From a virus: 6,007 nt of DNA. The notes under the pieces are model-generated. The model was not told the DNA's origin. It saw only the letters and a list, made by a program, of their open reading frames with translations, and did not search any database. Positions 1 to 5,428 of this stretch are shown in pieces (position 1 is the first letter of the stretch; every line of letters starts with the position of its first letter). A program made the translations under genes and the position numbers. The DNA is taken from positions 1-6,007 of the IMG/VR virus record IMGVR_UViG_3300020030_000083; one strand, given 5' to 3'.

Positions 1-121
1 GGAACTATAGAATTCCCTCATCTCGTCATAACCTTCAGGACCTGCAGGGCCAGCAGCTTTGCGGCTAACATACGAGGCTCCTGCAATGCCTGCGGCAGTA
101 GCAAAAGCCTTTGTAGCATCA
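1..121. repeat. Terminal direct repeat copy 1 (circular-assembly overlap)
   Basis: Base-by-base comparison shows 121/121 identity with 5887..6007. Confidence 0.97.
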
Positions 122-1224
122 TAAAACAGAGCGTTCTTGTTTTTGCGAATCGCAAACCAGTTACCGGACAGGCTCTGGCGACCTTCACTAAGCTCAAGGC
201 CACGAAGATGAGAGTAATATTCGCGACCTGTAATCTCCTCGAATTCTCCAGTGGGCTCGCCTTTCTCGTTGACCAAGGGAACCTTTACAGGGGTCTCCCA
301 GGTAACTTCAAACATGCGTTGCATATCCTTCTGCTGAATGTCAAGAACATCAGCATGAGAACGGGACTCACGTGCGGAAGCTTTAGCAGCATCGGCGACA
401 GCAATAAGATAAGCAAGGTTAGCGGCAGCAGACTGTTCGAGAAGAGGAATCTCAGCATCGTTTTCAGCACGAATACGCTTAGTGCGCTCAACCTGTTCAG
501 CATAAGCGGCCTGAATACGCTGAAAATCGTAGGTGGCGGCGAGATCTGCATACTTATTGTAAGCCTCCTGATTGATAGCCAACTCGCCATAATAACGAGC
601 GAGCGAGGACTGACTATTAACGTTAGCCTGCTTTAGTTGCTTCTCGAGCTCGATAAGGGCCTGGCCCTGCTCCCTAGTGGGCATCTTGTTACGAATGTCA
701 TCAGCTTGAGCATTATCGAGATTAGCGGCAGCCTTATTGCGTTCGATAGTCGAATTGACACCCATGGCCTCAAGAGCGACACCTGCAGCGGCAGAACCGA
801 CGCCAGGAGGCAGAGGACTGGAGAAGTCAAAAGAGCCGCCTGAAGGACCGGAAGCACCAACGGAACCAGAAGAACCGCCAGACATGGTAGCATTGACGCC
901 GACGCCTGAAGAACCTAAGACAGCAGCAGGGGTAATGCCGGCCTTCAAGTAACGATCGAAAACCTTCGTGGGGTCGTTGTAAGCATTCTCGTAATCGAAC
1001 TGTTTCTGCCAGTTAGCATAGTTGATTTCACCTTGTTTTTGCATCTGCTCCAAAGCGTACTGCTGTTGAAGCTTCATTTGCTTCTGCTGATACTTCCATT
1101 GTCTCCGAAGGGATGGCTTGAAAAGACCAGAGGCAGCCTGACCGCCAGCAGAGATAGCAGCAGCGCCAAGCATAGCACCGGTGGAAACAGGCTCGACATA
1201 ACTCTTGAAATCAATAAGTCTCAT
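1..1224 (-). CDS. VP2: VP2 minor capsid / DNA pilot protein, N-terminal 408 codons. The ORF runs off the left edge and continues at 5886 on the circle (426 aa in total)
   Basis: ATG at 1224..1222. I checked all 408 in-frame plus-strand triplets from 1 to 1224 for tta/cta/tca and found none, so the frame is open to the window edge. It translates as MRLIDFKSYVEPVSTGAMLGAAAISAGGQAASGLF...YNDPTKVFDRYLKAGITPAAVLG...; the yN-P...R...AG(L/I)(N/T)P motif and Gly/Ala-rich N-terminus are typical of non-phiX microvirus VP2 (from memory). The three track ORFs 18..203, 285..590 and 633..893 all lie in its +1 frame, as expected of shadow ORFs. It is not listed in the ORF track. Confidence 0.85.
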   Translation of the reverse strand, partial: MRLIDFKSYVEPVSTGAMLGAAAISAGGQAASGLFKPSLRRQWKYQQKQMKLQQQYALEQMQKQGEINYANWQKQFDYENAYNDPTKVFDRYLKAGITPAAVLGSSGVGVNATMSGGSSGSVGASGPSGGSFDFSSPLPPGVGSAAAGVALEAMGVNSTIERNKAAANLDNAQADDIRNKMPTREQGQALIELEKQLKQANVNSQSSLARYYGELAINQEAYNKYADLAATYDFQRIQAAYAEQVERTKRIRAENDAEIPLLEQSAAANLAYLIAVADAAKASARESRSHADVLDIQQKDMQRMFEVTWETPVKVPLVNEKGEPTGEFEEITGREYYSHLRGLELSEGRQSLSGNWFAIRKNKNALFYDATKAFATAAGIAGASYVSRKAAGPAGPEGYDEMREFYSS

Positions 1225-1225
1225 A

Positions 1226-1528
1226 CTACGGAAGCGAAAAATTGTTCGAGCGAATAATATAATCTACACGGACAGTATCGATGTGAACACCATTGCGGTA
1301 AACTTTAGCCTGTGCGGAACACGAGGCCAAGAAAAAGGCAGCTAAAGCAGCGACAATGGACGAAACAAGCGTCCAAAAGGCTTTAGATTTGTAAAAGGGT
1401 TGTTTAATATCAGACATGATAGTAAAATTTAAAGAACGATAGAAAAATGCGCGGCCTCTCCGGCAGTCGTTACCAATAACCTTCAGAAATTCACGAACTC
1501 TTCCAGAAGGGGTCCGCGCACGTAGCAT
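1226..1528 (-). CDS. Small membrane protein / putative lipoprotein. It is 100 aa from ATG 1528, while internal ATG 1417 gives a 63-aa canonical lipoprotein precursor
   Basis: It is the only open frame in this interval. TAG at 1228..1226 lies 1 nt before the VP2 ATG (TAGTATG). From M38 the sequence is MSDIKQPFYKSKAFWTLVSSIVAALAAFFLASC|SAQAKV...: a Lys-containing n-region, a ~20-aa hydrophobic core and the lipobox L-A-S-C (codons 1330..1319). The upstream 37 aa are Arg-rich (net about +7). Confidence 0.6.
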   Translation of the reverse strand: MLRARTPSGRVREFLKVIGNDCRRGRAFFYRSLNFTIMSDIKQPFYKSKAFWTLVSSIVAALAAFFLASCSAQAKVYRNGVHIDTVRVDYIIRSNNFSLP

Positions 1529-1550
1529 ATATCGTCAAGTAAAGAATGTA

Positions 1551-1847
1551 CTATTTTTCTTCAGAATTAGAAGATTTCGAAGCAGATTTCGACCTATCTA
1601 ACTCTGAATCAATAAGATCCTGGCCAACCTCGAGGCCGTCAAACTTATCCATGCGAGAAAAGGAATTGGGATCGAAATCAATCTCGGGATTAAATTTTTC
1701 GCCCTTATCAAAATCGGAGGGCTCGACCGTCACATCTGGACGACCAGGAAGAACGTCGACAGTACCAGAGCCATCAAGGACAGACATAATTCGCTGGCCG
1801 CGGGAAACATAAGCGGGAGCGTCTTCAAGTAACCAATCAAGTGCCAT
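1551..1847 (-). CDS. Hypothetical acidic protein, 98 aa (possible scaffolding-like protein)
   Basis: ATG at 1847..1845 lies 12 nt after the VP1 stop. It has 22 Asp/Glu against 11 Lys/Arg by my count (net about -11), sits between VP1 and VP2, and shows the T/C-rich third codon positions seen in the other genes. Confidence 0.6.
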   Translation of the reverse strand: MALDWLLEDAPAYVSRGQRIMSVLDGSGTVDVLPGRPDVTVEPSDFDKGEKFNPEIDFDPNSFSRMDKFDGLEVGQDLIDSELDRSKSASKSSNSEEK

Positions 1848-1859
1848 AATATCAATGAA

Positions 1860-3683
1860 TTAGCGATTAGACAAACGAGTAGCGAAGGATTTGTTAACCA
1901 AGCTCTTCTTTTGAACAGCATAGGACATATTCACGAAAAAGTTGTCCTCGGCGTTAGAAGCGAACGGGGAGTTGACTTGCGACATATCGACAAATAACAT
2001 AGGATAGTAAGGGCGAGGGTTGCCGACGGACAATCCGAAGCCGTCGAAAGATCGCTGTTGCACCCAGTAAGCATAAAGAGGCATGGCACCCGGGGACGCG
2101 TATGCCGGATTAAGCTGGCCTAAAACTTCGTCGTAAGAAGACCTAAACTCATTGAAGCAAGGCTCATGAATAGCGGCCGTGCTGGCCATGGGTATGACAG
2201 ACGCCACGCGAAAGGCGGGTACATCCTGATAACCGATATCGTTATAAATCGGGTTGAAGTAATCACTGCCTAGGTAAGAAAGGTAGTCGGGCATGATATT
2301 AGACCAGTAATAAACAGGGCGAATACTCAACATATCAATCATATAACCGGGCTCGCGGAAATAATAAGACTGTCGTCGACCCAAACGGTCATTAAATGCA
2401 ATGGCACCACCCTGTTGTCCGAGGGGGTTAGTAATACCATTGTCGCCAATCTGTCCATTAAAGTTGTTATTACCCGCTTGATTCATAACGACCTGTACAT
2501 TAATAGTCTGCGAGGCACTGAAGAGGAGTTTAGGCCTATCGACGTGCTCGATTTTCGAAGCAAAAAACGTTTCCAACCAATCACTGTATCGACTGCCTCC
2601 AGCACCAAGAAGATCCTTGTACTCCTGAAGGCGAGAAGCAATAGCCAACTGCGGAATGGTCGAGACGCCGGACATAGAAACAGCGTCGGTAGAGCCGATC
2701 GGGAGCAAGCGACTAAAACGGTCAGGATTCGAAGGTACTACAGCCATCGGGTAATATTGAATGCCTAAGGTAGAAAAGCTTACATTACCTACAACAGAGG
2801 GGGCAATAGCTGTGATATAATCAGCGGGCAGCGAACCGGTAAACTTGGTAGTAAGGTTAGCTACTGGATAGCCGTTTCCTGCCGATCCAAGAGAGCCAGA
2901 ATTTAAGATAACATCACTGTTGACAATCTGAAGAAATAAATTTCCACGATTATACGTATTGTTACTAGTAGCAACGGCGGCCGGGTAGAACTGACTCTCA
3001 AAATAAGCATCAAGGAACTCAAGATTGCCATAAGACTGCGAAAAAAAAGAACCAGAGGCCGAAAGCTTGGCAGTATACTTGGCAATTTGAGTGTCATAGC
3101 GAATAGACGAAGAACCTGGCCAAGCGTACGAAAAAACGCCCCACTGCGAATAACCATAGAAGTTGCGAACGATATCCCAGTAAGCCAAAAGAGTATCGGC
3201 ATTAGCCCAGGCACCACCCACAGCATTAGCAGGAAGCTCAACGAGAGTTGAATTAACAGCGGGGACAGTTCCGTCGCCTATGACTTTTTTATTACTCAAA
3301 CGCAACCAAGCGAAGAGACTGTTAGAGGGGGCGGTCGTATGATCACCAATCAGGGAGCCAGTATCAATAGTCGTAGCTATCCAATTGAGGCTCAAATTGT
3401 TCATATCAAACTTACTGCTATTCGTCCGCAACTCCGGATGATACAGCTGAAGCGGCACCCAAAAACGATGAAGTCGAATGGTGTAGGGATTAAATGACGG
3501 AACAGCGAGCGGATTGCTGCGAACATCAATACCCTGTTCAATAGACACACGGTCACGGGCGTTAATAAAATCAATTCGCACTGGATACAAAATACCCGGC
3601 GTACACGTAAAGGCCTTACTCTCGGGAACATCGTAACGAGAGTAACCATTTACTGCATGAGAGATGAAAGGTTGTTTTCCCAT
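1860..3683 (-). CDS. VP1: VP1 major capsid protein (Microviridae F/VP1 jelly-roll family), 607 aa
   Basis: This is the longest ORF, with ATG at 3683..3681 and TAA at 1862..1860. The N-terminal FTCTPGILYPVRIDFINARDRV ... RLHRFWVPLQLY fits the conserved G-x-L-x-P ... (F/W)VPxxL pattern of microvirus capsid proteins (from memory of gokushovirus VP1). It starts 3 nt after the VP4 stop. Confidence 0.93.
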   Translation of the reverse strand: MGKQPFISHAVNGYSRYDVPESKAFTCTPGILYPVRIDFINARDRVSIEQGIDVRSNPLAVPSFNPYTIRLHRFWVPLQLYHPELRTNSSKFDMNNLSLNWIATTIDTGSLIGDHTTAPSNSLFAWLRLSNKKVIGDGTVPAVNSTLVELPANAVGGAWANADTLLAYWDIVRNFYGYSQWGVFSYAWPGSSSIRYDTQIAKYTAKLSASGSFFSQSYGNLEFLDAYFESQFYPAAVATSNNTYNRGNLFLQIVNSDVILNSGSLGSAGNGYPVANLTTKFTGSLPADYITAIAPSVVGNVSFSTLGIQYYPMAVVPSNPDRFSRLLPIGSTDAVSMSGVSTIPQLAIASRLQEYKDLLGAGGSRYSDWLETFFASKIEHVDRPKLLFSASQTINVQVVMNQAGNNNFNGQIGDNGITNPLGQQGGAIAFNDRLGRRQSYYFREPGYMIDMLSIRPVYYWSNIMPDYLSYLGSDYFNPIYNDIGYQDVPAFRVASVIPMASTAAIHEPCFNEFRSSYDEVLGQLNPAYASPGAMPLYAYWVQQRSFDGFGLSVGNPRPYYPMLFVDMSQVNSPFASNAEDNFFVNMSYAVQKKSLVNKSFATRLSNR

Positions 3684-3686
3684 AAA

Positions 3687-4757
3687 TTAAATGTTTAGTT
3701 GAAGTTTATAGTGCTCTCTCCAAAACTGAAGAATGTCCAAATCTAGCCAAGTAGGGGGGTCGAAATCGGGCATCCTCCGAGAGGAGGCGGAAAAACGCAT
3801 CATTTGCTTTTGCTCCCACGTATACGTCTCTCTACGGGATACGGCGGAATTGAGGCCGAACCGCTCAACACACAAAGACACAATACGCTTAACCAAAGGA
3901 GACTTGCTAAAACGTGCATAAGCATCAGCAGCAGCAATCGAACGTGAAACTTCGTCTTCCTGTTTAAGGTATTTAAGATAGTATCGAGGAATCGAGTAGT
4001 TGAAATTGATACGCTTCGAAAAATCGTAATAAGACCACGACGAAGTACGAGTAGAAGGGCGAGGCATGTAACCAAGAAAATCACCAACGCCAGCAGATAC
4101 GAATTTTCGCGTATAACGGCGATGTTGGAGGAGGCAAGATAGAGGTGTAAGTTTTCCATCTACGGTAACATATTTATTCGAAATTTCTTCGGGGTTAAAT
4201 TGAATTTGTTTAGTAACATACTTTACGCAATAGCGAGCGCGTTTATGAGTGGCTTTCGCGAGCCACACAAAACCAAGGTCGCGGACAGCCGCCCGAATCT
4301 CGTTATACAGACAGTTGGTGCCGAATAGAAAACCATGGAAATGTAGACGAGGCTCCGAGCCTATTTCAGGGTGAGTGCCAAATTCTTGAAAAAACGCGTG
4401 CTTGAAAGAGTGGCCGAGCGTATGGCGAACTCGCTCGTTCCATCGCCGGATAAACTTAGAGGGGTCCTGCAACGCTTCGTCGTAATACTTAGGGGCTATA
4501 GTTATTGTAATAAAAATAGCCTGCAGCGACTCGGCCTTGCAACGGGCGAGCTCGCGCTCGAGCCTGACAAACCAATCATTGCGTTGACGACGCAAACAAT
4601 CTTCGCACTTGCCACACGGAACGAGCAGCCACTGGCGGGCGATATCCCAGGGGCGAAGGGCTAAAGCAGACTTAGCAACGTCGGAGCCATCACGACAAGG
4701 GTTCTTCTTGTCGAAATAGCGGCGATTGCGTATCCATATAGGCGAAGAGCAGGGCAT
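3687..4757 (-). CDS. VP4: VP4 replication initiation protein (HUH rolling-circle endonuclease), 356 aa from the first ATG
   Basis: HUH motifs are present: motif 1 AIFITITIAPKY, motif 2 RLHFHGFLF (H-x-H) and motif 3 ARYCVKYVTKQ (Y-xxx-Y-xx-K, two catalytic Tyr). The Cys cluster VPCGKCEDCLRRQRNDW and an N-terminus MPCSSPIWIRN are typical of VP4. The track start at 4778 is a TTG. The first ATG (4757..4755) overlaps the ORF66 stop as TGATG. Confidence 0.93.
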   Translation of the reverse strand: MPCSSPIWIRNRRYFDKKNPCRDGSDVAKSALALRPWDIARQWLLVPCGKCEDCLRRQRNDWFVRLERELARCKAESLQAIFITITIAPKYYDEALQDPSKFIRRWNERVRHTLGHSFKHAFFQEFGTHPEIGSEPRLHFHGFLFGTNCLYNEIRAAVRDLGFVWLAKATHKRARYCVKYVTKQIQFNPEEISNKYVTVDGKLTPLSCLLQHRRYTRKFVSAGVGDFLGYMPRPSTRTSSWSYYDFSKRINFNYSIPRYYLKYLKQEDEVSRSIAAADAYARFSKSPLVKRIVSLCVERFGLNSAVSRRETYTWEQKQMMRFSASSRRMPDFDPPTWLDLDILQFWREHYKLQLNI

Positions 4758-4957
4758 CAGAATAAGCTTTGAAGACAATCAAATTTGACATTAGGGTGAT
4801 CAAGACGACAGCGAGCAAGATAGTCATTTGCGGAAACCTTGTCGGCAAACCAAGCGATAATGACTCGCTTTCTACCTCTGTATGCGCCAATAGAATAGCG
4901 ACAGGAAACGTTATTGACAGTAGGGCAAAAAAAAGGGCGAAAATCAAAGCTATCCAT
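4757..4957 (-). CDS. Hypothetical small protein, 66 aa, mildly basic with 4 Cys, translationally coupled to VP4
   Basis: ATG at 4957..4955. The TGA stop (4759..4757) shares its A with the VP4 ATG. Third codon positions are strongly T/C-biased like the confirmed genes. Cys lie at 11, 19, 50 and 61. I recognise no family. Confidence 0.55.
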   Translation of the reverse strand: MDSFDFRPFFCPTVNNVSCRYSIGAYRGRKRVIIAWFADKVSANDYLARCRLDHPNVKFDCLQSLF

Positions 4958-4985
4958 AAAAAAAGTATTTACGGGTTAAAAGGAA

Positions 4986-5050
4986 GAACCACCAGGGGAG
5001 TACCTTACCGCTTCGCGGTGGCCACAACCTTCGGTTGTCCCCTGGGGTTC
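4986..5050 (-). other. 65-nt Y-shaped (three-way junction) secondary-structure element. It is a candidate complementary-strand origin on the viral ssDNA and/or a transcription terminator/attenuator
   Basis: The outer stem pairs 4986-4990/5046-5050 and 4992-4998/5039-5045 (12 bp, one bulged A4991). Hairpin 1 is 5007-5011/5015-5019 and hairpin 2 is 5024-5029/5033-5038. On the viral (minus) strand both are capped by GAA triloops closed by C:G. Hairpin 1 reads GCGAAGC (complement of 5010..5016) and hairpin 2 reads CCGAAGG (complement of 5028..5034). The element lies in the largest intergenic gap and is followed on the minus strand by TTCCTTTTAA. Confidence 0.6.
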
Positions 5051-5069
5051 AAGTAATTAAAGAACTCTT

Positions 5070-5084
5070 CCGCCAAGAGGGCGG
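5070..5084 (-). terminator. Small GC-rich hairpin 9 nt after the ORF107 stop (weak terminator candidate)
   Basis: The minus strand reads CCGCC-CTCTT-GGCGG (5-bp stem, 5-nt loop), then AAGAG TTCTTTAATT. The loop CTCTT can alternatively pair with the following AAGAG (5065..5069), so two mutually exclusive hairpins are possible. There is no classic U-tract directly abutting the stem. Confidence 0.25.
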
Positions 5085-5093
5085 GTCACCACC

Positions 5094-5417
5094 TTAGTTC
5101 CCCGACTCTTCTTTTTTCGTCGTGCTTTCATCGTAGTTGAGATCAAAATCAAACATGAGAACCATCGTATTATCAAAAAACTCGACACCAAAGCCAGAAA
5201 AACCTCCGCAAGCAGCAACAAGGTTTGCTATTTCCGAGTGATTGACATAAAGAGAATCGCTGATGTCCGAACTCTCCAAGAAGCGAGCAATAGGAGTTTT
5301 CGCGAAAGCGCCAAGGGGAAGCGGGTCAAACTGGCCATCTTTTAAACGGCCTATCTGGACGAGGTCAATCTTAAGAGCCGGACTAACCCGCCGAATAACA
5401 ACATGAATCTGTGTCAT
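5094..5417 (-). CDS. Hypothetical protein, 107 aa, acidic C-terminal tail
   Basis: ATG at 5417..5415 lies 11 nt after the ORF106 stop, and TAA is at 5096..5094. Codons are T-ending-rich like the confirmed genes. I recognise no family. Confidence 0.6.
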   Translation of the reverse strand: MTQIHVVIRRVSPALKIDLVQIGRLKDGQFDPLPLGAFAKTPIARFLESSDISDSLYVNHSEIANLVAACGGFSGFGVEFFDNTMVLMFDFDLNYDESTTKKEESGN

Positions 5418-5428
5418 AATAACGTGAT

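Noticed and set aside
1-121. The 121-nt terminal repeat as a biological direct terminal repeat, LTR or attachment-site duplication
   Set aside because: The identity is exact and the repeat lies inside the VP2 coding frame, which continues seamlessly across the junction. Microviridae genomes are circular. It is therefore an assembly overlap.
1418-1550. Possible regulatory structure in the region upstream of the internal lipoprotein start, with tgcgcgg 1448..1454 complementary to ccgcgca 1514..1520
   Set aside because: It is a single 7-bp long-range pairing with poor internal structure. The region is also an open reading frame from ATG 1528, so the complementarity may be coincidental.
1841-1868. 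A dif/XerC-like half-site: plus-strand GTGCCATAAT (1841..1850) resembles the XerC arm GTGCGCATAAT of E. coli dif. This is relevant because Bacteroidota microvirus prophages are thought to integrate via host Xer recombinases
   Set aside because: The match needs a 1-nt deletion, and no XerD arm (TTATGTTAAAT-like) follows at the correct 6-nt spacing. Part of the match is simply the ORF98 start-codon context. The evidence is insufficient.
4776-4778. VP4 start at 4778 as given in the ORF track (363 aa)
   Set aside because: That codon is TTG. The first ATG (4757) gives the typical MPCSSP... N-terminus and forms a TGATG overlap with the upstream ORF stop.
4986-5050. tRNA or small ncRNA interpretation of the 65-nt structured element
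   Set aside because: It has only two internal hairpins rather than a four-arm cloverleaf. It has no T-loop or D-loop consensus and no 7-nt anticodon loop, and the outer stem is 12 bp long. It is better explained as an ssDNA or terminator structure.
208-5056. Plus-strand ORFs in the track (208..636, 637..843, 737..952, 1033..1257, 1546..1812, 2415..2768, 3733..3921, 4371..4664, 4769..5056)
   Set aside because: All lie antisense to well-supported minus-strand genes or run through the structured non-coding region. Their products are low-complexity with no recognisable motifs. Microviridae encode all genes on one strand.
944-5056. A 9-mer TTACTTGAA (plus-strand ttcaagtaa) occurs three times (944..952, 1824..1832, 5048..5056). 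Two copies extend to an 11-mer, and one abuts the outer stem of the three-way junction. It contains ACTTGA as in the phiX174 origin
   Set aside because: For a 5.9-kb sequence the expected number of same-strand triple 9-mers is about 0.5, and of repeated 11-mers about 4, so this is not statistically unusual. Two copies lie inside coding sequence (RYLKA, WLLED). It is mentioned only as context for the origin hypotheses.
5065-5084. H-type pseudoknot formed by CCGCC-CTCTT-GGCGG-AAGAG, with the loop pairing to the 3' flank
   Set aside because: With zero-length connecting loops the two 5-bp helices cannot coexist sterically. At most they are alternative hairpins. It is kept only as a weak terminator candidate.
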